Shown here piece after piece: positions 1 through 10,337 of a DNA stretch of 32,000 bases. A model generated the notes under the pieces. That model was not told the DNA's origin, did not search any database, and saw nothing but the letters and a program-made list of their open reading frames with translations. Both the position numbers and the translations under genes were made by a program. Numbering within the stretch: position 1 is the stretch's first letter; each line of letters begins with the position of its first letter. Source of the stretch: Zygophlyctis sp. KS116 (lineage: Eukaryota > Fungi > Chytridiomycota); contig BAAFSQ010000066.1 of the NCBI GenBank assembly GCA_054661495.1, positions 13,073-45,072 on the forward strand, read 5' to 3'.

Positions 1-1458
1 TGTCCTGAAACCGTTTATAGCTTTAATGCCTGAAGTCGCTTCACCTGATAGAAAAATCCAATTCAGAGAAAAGGCAATGTGGACTGCAATTACATTGTTT
101 ATTTTTCTGGTTTGTTCGCAAATTCCGCTCTTTGGAATTATGAGCTCAGACTCTGCAGATCCGCTTTACTGGATGCGTGTGATTTTAGCGTCAAATAGAG
201 GAACTTTGATGGAATTGGGTATTTCTCCAATTGTTACATCTTCAATGATTATGCAAATGTTGGCGGGGGCGCAAATAATTGAAGTGGATTATTCTGTAAA
301 AGAGGATCGTGCCTTGTTTTCAGGAGCTCAAAAGTGTATTATAATTGTATTTTTTTTTATAATTTAGTATTCGCAATGATTATTGCTGTTGGGCAGGCTG
401 TTGTATCAGTTTGGTCTGGAGTTTATGGAAATCCTAAAGATATTGGATCTGGAATTGCTATTCTCTTGATTTTACAATTATGTGTTGCTGCACTATTAAC
501 AATGCTTTTGGATGAATTGCTTCAAAAAGGTTACGGTTTAGGTTCAGGAATTAGTCTTTTTATTGCTACAAATATATGTGAAGAAATTATATGGAAGGCT
601 TTCAGTCCAACTACTTTCCATACTGGAAGAGGGACTGAATTTGAAGGGGCTGTGGTGGCTACTCTACATTTACTATTTACACGTAAAAATAAGTTTAGGG
701 CACTCAAAGAAGCCATGTATCGGTCAAACTTGCCAAATTTAACTAATCTTTTGGCGACTGTTTTTGTTTTTGGAGTTGTAATTTACTTGCAAGGTTTCAG
801 AGTTGAAATTCCAATGAAATCTAATAGATTTAGAGGACAACAGGCATCGTATCCTATAAAACTGTTTTATACTTCTAATATGCCGATTATGCTTCAATCA
901 GCCTTGGTGTCTAATATTTTCTTTATTTCTCAAATGTTATATAGACGATTTCCTGAAAGTTTGTTGATTAAACTGATTGGAGTTTGGGCTGTAATCTTTA
1001 TTTACTAAATCTTTTAGACTAGTGAAGGAGTTCCTACTCAAAAACCTGTTGGAGGATTTGCGTATTACATCTCACCTCCTGACAATATCCTGACAGCTTT
1101 TGGTGATCCACTTCACTTTACAGTCTATGTAACATTTATGCTTACAGCATGTGCTCTTTTCTCTAAGACCTGGATTGAAGTTTCTGGCTCATCTGCTCGT
1201 GATGTTGCAAAACAATTAAAAGACCAACAATTAGTTTTACGTGGACATCGTGAAGGTGGTATGTATAGAGAACTAAAAAGAACTATTCCTACAGCTGCTG
1301 CTTTTGGTGGACTGTGCATTGGAGCACTTTCTGTAGCTGCTGATTTACTTGGAGCAATTGGATCAGGAACTGGAATTTTATTAGCTGTTACAATCATTTA
1401 TCAGTATTTTGAATTGTTTGTGAAGGAGCAAGTTGAAAAGGGAGCTGAAATGTTTTAA
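1..1458 (+). CDS. SEC61: Sec61 translocon alpha subunit (5'-truncated by window edge); introns 336-367 and 991-1017
   Basis: [12 protein letters not shown]...[19 protein letters not shown]...[18 protein letters not shown]...[13 protein letters not shown]...[18 protein letters not shown]; GT-AG introns restore the frame. Confidence 0.97.
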
Positions 1459-1467
1459 ATAATAAAT

Positions 1468-1907
1468 TCAAGATGCTTTCCAAACTAGGGCGCCCTATTT
1501 GATTTTAAAAAGTGAAATTTACTAGATTTCCACCAAAGAACAAGTAGAGTAAATTTTTCATTTCATGAGTGATTTCAAATCCGTATCCCTCTCCAACAAT
1601 AACATGCCATGAACTTCCACATTTCTTATCCATGGCTTCTTTAATATTTTTAGCAGCCGCCTATACATTAGAATATAAATTACTTCATAATTTCCAGGAT
1701 ATTTTTCAATCGCAGTCACAACTGAATCTACTGCTTCTGATCGAACTTCTTCAGACATATCACAAAACTAACACGCGTCAATCCATTCTACTGTTTTACC
1801 TTTACTAATGAATATGAAAAATTCTTTTTTGAATCTTTTTCATCACCTGCTTTTACATCAGTTGCCACTTTTTCTGCTAAATTCGCACTACTTCCTGTAT
1901 CTGCCAT
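1468..1907 (-). CDS. DNAL4: Axonemal dynein light chain 4 (LC8 family); introns 1768-1799, 1661-1683 (23 nt), 1495-1522
   Basis: Spliced: MADTGSS...FSYSLVKFCDMSEEVRSEAVDSVVTAIEKYPGNYEAAAKNIKEAMDKKCGSSWHVIVGEGYGFEITHEMKNLLYLFFGGNLGALVWKAS, matching the DNAL4 pattern. Confidence 0.9.
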
Positions 1908-2249
1908 TTAATTTTTTTAAAGAAAATAGTCCGAAAATGTTTACTTGGATGTCCGAATGTGATCTGTTTAATTTTAATTCTATGTATGATAGATCCTAAA
2001 CTATTTCCTACTAATCTGATATCTTCATCGCCTATTAGAGATGATTAAGTCTCTGCCAATGCAAGATCTTGAATAAATAGTGAAAGTAGGAATTAACAGC
2101 GGCAAGGATGGGAGCTGGATACTAGGGGGCTAATAATGGACGATGGCCAGGAATGAGAGCGGGAAGGCCTGTTAAGTGGATATAAAACAGTTTTAGACGC
2201 CATTTAAGAATCGGCAGAGTCAAGGAATTGTAGGAGGATTTAGAGTAAA

Positions 2250-3110
2250 ATGAATTCCGATGGGTTGACTCACCGTAGAAAGGCTCAAGAGTCTTCTGCA
2301 GAGGTTCCTCTTGAAGTCGAAGATAAGCAAAAACTAACATTAATGGAACAAGTGGTTCTCTTGGGACTAAAAGACTCTCAGGTAGGATTTTCAATGTAAA
2401 TCAAGGGAACATTATCTTTCTGGAATGATAATATTTCTTATGTTCTTAGAGGTTGCATTCTCATGGAATTGTCATTTAGAAACAGAATTCTAGTTGTTCG
2501 TGATCATAAACGTCGCCCTTGGGCTGATAGAGTATTGGAAGTCTTGGATGATTCTGTCACGGGTGAAGTATTGTTGGACGAAACTCTCAGATACATGAAA
2601 AATGATTTAGATACTATTAATAATTGGGTTGATTATTTAAGTGGTGAAACTTGGAATTTACTAAAAATTGGATATCAATTAAAACAAGTTAGGGAAAGAA
2701 TTGCAAAAGGATTGGTGGATAAAGGTGTACTAAGAACAGAAAAGAAAAACTTTTTAGTTTTTGATATGGCTACTCATCCAGTTGCTGATGCAGCTGTAAA
2801 AAGAAAATTAACAGCTCAAGTTTTGGATGTTTTATTCTCAAAAAATGATAAGCCAGATGCTAGAACTATTGCCTTAATATGTGCTGTATATGCTGCAAAT
2901 TTATTAGAAAATGTTACAAGTAAAGTATCTTATAGTCAGAGGGAAGCTGCATTTTCTAAAGCAGATGAAATTCTACGAAAAAATTTAAATTTAACAGATG
3001 AATCAAAAGAAAACGGAATGACTGATGTTGTTGTTGGGTAAAATTAAAATTATTTTTCTAAACATATTAGAGTTTTTAATGTTTATTCAAAGCTTGATAG
3101 TATTTTATAA
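2250..3110 (+). CDS. VPS74: Golgi phosphoprotein 3 / Vps74; introns 2382-2405 and 3038-3070
   Basis: GLTHRRK N-terminus, [85 protein letters not shown]. Confidence 0.95.
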
Positions 3111-3153
3111 GGGAGAAAGTACAAACAAGATTATTTTAAGTAAGCAAATAGTT

Positions 3154-4236
3154 TTACTTTTTCTTTTGTTTGACTGATTTGAATTTTACGGATTTTTTAG
3201 AATGAAATGGTCTAATTGAATTTAAAACCACAAAAATTCCAAGTAATAATACTATAAATGTAGACATTGGGATCCATTCCAAGTCATTTGAATCTCCTAT
3301 TGGAATATTTAGAGTCCAATTACTAAATTCTTGATTCACAATTGAAAAATTAGAGTCTTCCAGTCTTTTATCAAGTGATGACGGCATAGGGATTCTAGAG
3401 TTTACATTTTTTAAGAGAATGAGAGGATGAGGAATACTAATTTGTTTAAAAGTACCTCCTGGAACTGGTGATTGATATCTAGCAATATTAAAAATAGTAA
3501 TTTACCGCAAGTGAAATGGTAATTCAAACTCTGAGAATGTAGCATTACTTTTAAGAATTATTTCTAATAGAAAAAGTTTAGCATTATCATCATACGCAGC
3601 AGCTTCTAAATCTATTTCTCCATAAAACTTGAATGATCCATACTGCTTCAAGAATGATAGATTAGGATCAAAAGGATCAATAAATACATCTTTTGATAGT
3701 ATGAATATTATACCAATTTCCTGATTAGAGTTTTTCGTAATTTTGAATTTCCTATGAAATCCTCTTCCGGGAACCAGTGAAACTAAAACATCCGTAAGAT
3801 TTGTTTCAACTTTAGGATAAATATCCAGTCTCGACAATTCATGAAAACAGTCCGAATGTATTTCCTCTGCAACAAACGATCGAGTTTGCATTAATGAAAG
3901 CCGATCTGCCTCATACAAAAGTTGATCATTTTCAAACATTCCTCCCAACCAACAATTATTTTGAGGTTCTAAATATTGTTGTATGAAATCCACATAATCG
4001 TCCTCAAATGATGGTGGGATCCACAACAAATTCCCAAGAGTCAAGTTCAACGCATGGTCAAATTCACTATTTTTTACAAGCGCTAAATCGTTAGAGTCCC
4101 GAAAAGATATTAGAAACCCATGCTGATTCATAATGATCTGCCATGGATGATTGTAATGAATATTTATATCAAACAATTTCTTTTGAACGGAAAACATAAA
4201 ACTTAAACCTTGAACTTGTGTTTCCTGTAGTTGCCA
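3154..4236 (-). CDS. PIGX: PIG-X/Pbn1 domain (GPI mannosyltransferase I accessory subunit) with C-terminal TM and lysine-rich tail; intron 3479-3505
   Basis: GFHR, VFIDPF, EIDLEAAAY, LPFHLRYQSP, IPHP, IPIG, then a TM segment and ...KQKKK. Confidence 0.8.
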
Positions 4237-4237
4237 C

Positions 4238-5095
4238 TTAAATTCCAGGAAATCCAATTACAAAATCAAAAGATTCAACAGATGCATTCACTTTATGAGA
4301 AAATGATTCCACTAGTCTCTTATCTCTACCAGGAAAATGAACACTTATGGTAGAACCATTATAGCATTGAGGATAAGTATGAATTAGAGAATGAGAAGAA
4401 ATTTCTGAAATATTAAACCATCTTTCTTCTTTAATCATATCTTCCAATGCATGTTGCTCTGGATCTCTTATTGATTTGTAATCATCAAAAGTCTGTCTCC
4501 AAGCTTGTAAAAATGATCTACCTTGATGTGAGTTCCGGACTGCAAAAAATCCACTTCTAATTGGTCCTAAACTTTCTTTAAAAGGAATACATTCATTTAC
4601 AAAAAGTAAATGAGTAGATTTTTTAACTGGTCGGATCCATTCTTCAAAAATTGACATTGAAAAATTCATGAATAATACATCAATATCTGTCCAGAGTACC
4701 CACTTATATCCCTTATTCAGATAATATTCTAAAACATTCATTTTTCCCCAATATGCAGATTTACTATTTGTATCAACCATATTTCCATTCATAAAGAAAA
4801 ATGCATGGCCATGTTTTTGAGAGTATCGGGCCAAATTTGTTAGAGTTATATTTGCTACTTTCATATACAAATCTTTAGAATGATTTACAATATGAGAATT
4901 ATTTTTCTGTGGTGCATAATAAGTAACTATAGCAAATTCACTAGGTTGAATTAAGATCCCCTGATCATTGTCTTTTGTTGCATTATCCGAATCAAAATTT
5001 TGAATAGAATTGATTGTAAAACTTGATAATGCAATCAAATAGATTCCAAGTCCGATGATGATAAACAGATTCAAAGTATATTTCACTAATTGCAT
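4238..5095 (-). CDS. GT34-family glycosyltransferase (Mnn10/Gma12-like) with N-terminal signal anchor; probably exon 1 of a GT34-PIG-X fusion (intron 4237-4261)
   Basis: N-terminal TM; WGKMNVL...WVLWTDID (DXD motif), SGFFAVRNS, PEQHAL, VHFPG. Confidence 0.85.
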   Translation of the reverse strand: MQLVKYTLNLFIIIGLGIYLIALSSFTINSIQNFDSDNATKDNDQGILIQPSEFAIVTYYAPQKNNSHIVNHSKDLYMKVANITLTNLARYSQKHGHAFFFMNGNMVDTNSKSAYWGKMNVLEYYLNKGYKWVLWTDIDVLFMNFSMSIFEEWIRPVKKSTHLLFVNECIPFKESLGPIRSGFFAVRNSHQGRSFLQAWRQTFDDYKSIRDPEQHALEDMIKEERWFNISEISSHSLIHTYPQCYNGSTISVHFPGRDKRLVESFSHKVNASVESFDFVIGFPGI

Positions 5096-5307
5096 TCAAC
5101 TAAAACTTGTTATGTCTCGGATCTATCAGTTATCAAAGTTGAGAATTTGCTGAAAAGTTAGGGCTAGTTGAGAATGTTTTCTACTGTTTGCTAGTCCTTC
5201 TTACAGCCAAGATTATTGGGTTATTTACCAAAGATGCATTTATCTATATTTTAATAAATCCAATGGAATTTACAGTGTTTCACGGTTAAATGATTGTCGA
5301 GTTAAAT

Positions 5308-5550
5308 TGTCCGAAACCGAAAATACTTGTCCGAAACTACTCAGAAGCTAGCAGCAAAGCAGATCCCATTAGAGATACTTGTAATGATTATTGAGATGCT
5401 AAAAATAGAGGATGCATCTAATTTATGCCAAGCTCTTGTACTAAAACCATTTACCAATCATCAATGCAGCTAGAGGTGGAAATGCAGAAATTGTGAATCC
5501 TTTCCTGTCAGATCCTAGAGTTGATCCTTCCAATGTCAATTATAAAATAA
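5308..5550 (+). pseudogene. Internally deleted, ATG-less paralog of the ankyrin gene at 6671-7510
   Basis: 5308-5438 closely matches 6619-6761 (promoter and 5' CDS) but lacks the ATG segment; 5439-5530 matches ~7292-7382; ~530 nt between are missing. Confidence 0.88.
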
Positions 5551-6001
5551 TTTTCAATGTGACTTTCAAAATCCGTTTTGATATTATTCAACAATGTTTG
5601 TTACATGAACGGATTCCAATCACTACGGAAAGTGTCGCAGAAATTGACAAACTGTTATTTGAGTATTTGAGCATATATTAAAAAGTTATTAAAAGATCAG
5701 GAATTGGAGACACAGTTTGATTGGTAATCATAATATAATTAAACCAACAGATATTCGATGGATTATTGAACTGTACGATCGTGGTTTGTTTTCTTGTCTA
5801 ATAATTTCCTGATAAATGAACTAAAATAAAAATTGTTGATATTCTTTTAATGTGAAATATAAGCTGGCACATCCTGATCATTATATTTTCGAGAGAGACA
5901 TACGCAATTATCTCATTTGCCGATTTATTTTATCAAATTGATTGCCCTGCTGCGAAAAATATCAGATTGAGTCAATTTTATGTCTGAACATAATTTTTTA
6001 T

Positions 6002-6387
6002 TTAATAAATAGTATAACCACTTTCTGCTTGTATAACTGCTTGCAATCGCTTGAAGTACTTTCCACAATATTTCTCAGCCTTTTCTTTGTCATAGTTCAT
6101 CCAGATCTCTTCTACCTGCTGAATTAACTGGTTTGGGTTTCTAGCAACGCCATATTCCCGCATGAGAGTTCTTTTTAATTTCAGACCAAATATTGTTTAG
6201 ATCTGACGAACATGGAGGACATTTGATAAATTCAACTTCATTTTCTGTGAGATATTCCTTGACTTGATTCACAGTATGGCATGGGGAATTATCCTGCATT
6301 AGACACCAATTTCCACCAATCTGCTCCTTTGTACTTTTTTTGCTCAACTGTGAGCTTAGGAGCGCGTTTTGTTTCGCCGTCGTTCAT
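6002..6387 (-). mobile_element. Degenerate Tc1/mariner (IS630-Tc1) DDE transposase remnant
   Basis: MNDGETKRAPKLTVEQKK start, then LMQDNSPCH...CPPCSSDLN-NIWS (PIE lost), a frameshift, then EEIW...KRLQAVIQAESGYTIY* typical of the Tc1 C-terminus. Confidence 0.85.
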
Positions 6388-6670
6388 ATTTCGGACAAAA
6401 TATAAGTTACAACATTTTAGAGTTACATCCATGACTGGGGCGATAGTATAATTTATACATTATGTTAGGATTATCATGAACTGTTTTTGTAGAATTCATT
6501 GTAAATTTTTAAAATATTATTTACATTCATGTGATCCGATCACATACTTTTGTGTTTTGATAAATCTGCTCTTTGTCATGATCTTAAATTTCTGTTTAGA
6601 TTTGTCTTGAAACCTTTTTGTCCGAAATCTTGTCCGAAACTACTCAGAAGCTCAAAGTCTCGAGGCGAAA

Positions 6671-7510
6671 ATGACAGCAAAGCAGATTCCATTAGAGATA
6701 CTTGTAATGATTATTGAGATGCTAGAAATAGAGGATGCATCTAATTTATGCCAAGCTCTTGATTTCCCTGAAGAAGTTGCTTTTCAATTTCACAAATATG
6801 TTGCAAAAAGATTCAGTGAATATAGATTTTATATTTCAAAGATTTACGATCATATAAACAGGAAGCTGATAAAATCAAGTCTTGCGAAAGCATTACTAAA
6901 AAATTCTAAATTTCAACTGATTGCTGATGCAAATGTGAAAACCAGGTTTGCCATTTTAACACAAGATCTAGAATTAGTCAGAACAGCTCTTCAGGACCCA
7001 AAGGTAAATCATGACAGTAGATATTATAGTCCTTTAAGATTGGCTTGTAAATTTGGACAATTGAATGTTCTAAAGATTCTGGTCAATGAATACGATATTA
7101 AAATTTCAGAAAATGATAATATCGCATTAAATGATGCATGCGAATATGGTCATCTAGATATTGTCAAGTATATTTTATCTCTACCTGATTTTAATCCGGA
7201 GAACTGCTCTAAATCCTTCAGTAACGCCGCATTTTGGAGACGTACCAATATAGTTAAATTCCTACTTTCAGATCCTAGATTTGATCCTTCATACCAAAAC
7301 AATAAAGCAATCATCAATGCAGCCAGAGGTGGAAATGCAGAAATTGTGAATCTTTTCCTGTCAGATCCTAGAGTTGATCCTTTTGATAATGATTATCAAG
7401 CAATTTTAGAGGCAGCTAGATGGAAAAATGTGGCAATTGTTAAACTTTTATTAGCAGATCCTAGATTGAAACCTTCTGCTAGATGGCAATTCAAAAAATT
7501 GTTGACGTAG
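6671..7510 (+). CDS. Intronless ankyrin-repeat protein with F-box-like N-terminus
   Basis: QIPLEILVMIIEMLE (F-box-like) followed by repeats ACxxGxxxxVKxLLSDPRxDP. Confidence 0.85.
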   Translation: MTAKQIPLEILVMIIEMLEIEDASNLCQALDFPEEVAFQFHKYVAKRFSEYRFYISKIYDHINRKLIKSSLAKALLKNSKFQLIADANVKTRFAILTQDLELVRTALQDPKVNHDSRYYSPLRLACKFGQLNVLKILVNEYDIKISENDNIALNDACEYGHLDIVKYILSLPDFNPENCSKSFSNAAFWRRTNIVKFLLSDPRFDPSYQNNKAIINAARGGNAEIVNLFLSDPRVDPFDNDYQAILEAARWKNVAIVKLLLADPRLKPSARWQFKKLLT

Positions 7511-7828
7511 CCATTGGGAAGTTTTTCATCGGAAGTCAGGAGATTGCATTCAGTAGAGTTTGATCGGTAAGCCGAGCATGATAACTCAATATAATAGCAC
7601 CAAATATATATGGCAAAGCAAAAATATAAGATTTACTTGTACTTGATGATGTGCTTTACTTGTCCGATTCTGGTGAATTTGTACTCGTGCATCTATAGTC
7701 TAGAATGATTGAAAACCAAACATCACTTGGGGTCTAATAAATACTATGGCTACAGTCTGGGCACATGGACGCATGTACAAAACAATTAGCAGGATATTCA
7801 AATAGTAAATACCTAGCGCTACCTCACA

Positions 7829-8353
7829 ATGTCAAAAATGAATGTTGTGCCAGGTTCATCTCTAGGATACAGAATATCAGATGGCTTCAAGGCTGGAAAT
7901 GGGACTTTTGTTAAAGATGAAATGATTTATTCAAGTAAATTGGGATCTGTTTATGATTTACAAAAGGAAATTACTGTCGGAAAAGACATAAATCTTGACA
8001 AGAACAAATTATATTTGGGAAAAGTTGTAAAAGTAAATTCTACAAGAGCAATCATTAGAATTTCAGTCACTCTCTCATCTAAAATATTATTGTTGGATGC
8101 TACTCTATTAGCTAAAGATTCAGGACAAGATCAATTACTAGATTATTTTAAATTGGGAGATCTCTTAAAAACAAGATTAGTATCTCAGTTATCAGATCAA
8201 ATCATTTATTGCACTACTGCTGCAAATGATGAAGGAATAATTTTGTCAAAATGTTCAGATTGTTTCTCAAAATTAACGACAATGTCTCTAAATTCAATGT
8301 TTTGCTCAAACTGTAAAAATATTGAAAAGAGAAAATGTTGTCTACAAAATTAA
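7829..8353 (+). CDS. CSL4: Exosome cap subunit Csl4 (S1 domain + Zn ribbon)
   Basis: VVPGSSLG, AGNGTF, FKLGDLLKTRLVS, YCTTAANDEGII, C-terminal EKRK. Confidence 0.85.
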   Translation: MSKMNVVPGSSLGYRISDGFKAGNGTFVKDEMIYSSKLGSVYDLQKEITVGKDINLDKNKLYLGKVVKVNSTRAIIRISVTLSSKILLLDATLLAKDSGQDQLLDYFKLGDLLKTRLVSQLSDQIIYCTTAANDEGIILSKCSDCFSKLTTMSLNSMFCSNCKNIEKRKCCLQN

Positions 8354-9108
8354 TTATTCAGAATTCAAGGTTCCAATCAATTGATGAAGTTTAGTTAAAG
8401 CTTCCAAAGCATTAGCATGGTATTGTAATTCTGAATAAACAAAATCATTTAGAATAGATTGAATATCGGAATGTCTTTGAGTAGTAAACTCTTGTAATTT
8501 AGAATCTAGAGATGATGATGCTCTTTTAGAGTTTTCAACGGCTGTTGACAAGGCTGTTTGTGCTAAACTCTAATAATGAATGCATTAGATAATTACAACT
8601 TTTGCTGGAATATGTCCTTCATTAATTAATGTTTTTTCAAGTGCTTTCTTCTTTCTACTTTCTTCATACAATAATGATTCACGGGCTCTAATTTCAGATC
8701 TTAGATTTCCACAAATAATTCCATAATTTTTACATCTTTCTCTACAAAGTCCTTTAATCCGATCGACAAGTAACTCTCTAGAATTTTCTTGTAGTCTGAT
8801 TTTGTCCGATATAGCACTTAAGATTCCAGAAAACGGTTGAGTTTCACTTTGCGCATGAATTTCAAGATCAGTAGCTAATTGATTATTAGAAAATCTTAAT
8901 CCTATAATTAATGATGCAATGCATTACGATCTTGATTCTTTAAATATCCTAATTTTTAGTAATTTTGAATTTACCGGAAAATGTAGATTTCATATTCTTC
9001 ATGTCCTTTGCGGTTATCTTGACCGATCGCTTAAAATCTACAAACTTTTGATCTTTTCTATAGAGTTGGAGAATAATAAACTTACTCATCTAATTGTCCT
9101 GATAACAT
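8354..9108 (-). CDS. FAM92: FAM92/CIBAR ciliary BAR-domain protein (4 micro-introns)
   Basis: Spliced MLSGQLDEKDQK...GYLKNQDRLR...AQSET...YGIIC...AQTALS...DIQSILNDFVYSELQYHANALEAL aligns by eye along the length of animal FAM92. Confidence 0.75.
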
Positions 9109-9183
9109 GATTGGAATCTTTTTTTAAATGAAACCAATCGGGCCGGGTCTTTCGGACTAAAACTTTAAAATTCGAATATCGGA

Positions 9184-10297
9184 CTACAGATTTATTAGTC
9201 CCTTTTTAATACTAGCTTCAGCATTTAGAATTGAAGATCCAGCTGCTCCAAGGATAGTATTATGAGATAATAGAGTTAATTTGACATCAAAAATAGAGCA
9301 TGGTCTAACTCTTCCAACAGACACAGACTGTCCTTTACCAATATTAATATCTAATCTAGGCTGAGGGCGATCTTCTTCATCTAAAACTACAATTGCTGAT
9401 TTAGGAGCTGAAGGTAATTTTAATTCTTGTGGTTCAGTTATATATGAAGATAATGCTTCAACTACTTGACTAGTTGTTGGTACTGTTTCACAAGAGAACT
9501 CTATAAATACACTCTAAAATTTAAAAAATCCAAGTAAAACAAACCTCTGTATGACCATCAATAACAGCAACACGATTGCAAGACGCAGAAACTTTCAAAT
9601 CTTTTACAGCAACAAATTCAGACTTTTGGGTATCAAAAGATCCCAGAATTTTACCGACTTCCACTTCTATTTTTTCTTCTTCTCCTGAAATATATGGAAT
9701 AACATTTCCTAGAATATCTAAAGACGATATCCCAGGATAACCACTACCACTGATTGCCTGCATTGTGACTACCACAACGCGTGATAATGGTCCAAAAGCC
9801 TTACTAAGAGCAGCTAAAACAACTACTAATCCAGTAGTTGAGCAATTAGCATTAGTCACCAGTAATCCATTTTTACATCCGAATGCTTTCCTTTGATGAG
9901 CAATTGCATCAAAATGATGAGTATTCACAAGTGGTACCATTAACGGGACAATTGGATTCATTCGATGATTCTTGGCATTTGAGAATACAGCATAATCTGC
10001 CTTTAAAAAATCCATTTCTATATCACCGGCAACATCGGCATCTAGCGCAGAGAATATGATCTTACAATTTTTAAAATTACAAGGATCACAGGTTTGAACA
10101 ATCATGGATGAGATCTCTGTAGGAATCGGGACGGCCATTTTCCAAGATTTGCCAGTGGCTTCCTTGTACGTTTTACCAGCAGATCTGGGACTTGCTCCAA
10201 TAGCTCCAACTTTAAAGTATTCATGCTCATTGATCAGACATATAAATCTTTGCCCAACGAGTCCAGTTGCTCCAAGGATACCAACAGTCACAGACAT
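9184..10297 (-). CDS. HOM2: Aspartate-semialdehyde dehydrogenase; intron 9514-9544
   Basis: [60 protein letters not shown]. Confidence 0.96.
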
Positions 10298-10337
10298 AAC
10301 TCAAGTGTTTAAGGGTCAAAACTTTCAACGACAAGTT

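Noticed and set aside
2122-2132. CTAGGGGGCTA as a telomerase RNA template
   Set aside because: Only 3-nt redundancy, telomere repeat unknown, no other support
6421-6450. Possible Tc1 terminal inverted repeat ending in TA
   Set aside because: No matching inverted copy found on the other side of the remnant
7554-7566. AGAGTTTGATC resembling the 16S rRNA 5' primer site
   Set aside because: Only 11 nt match and no downstream rRNA sequence
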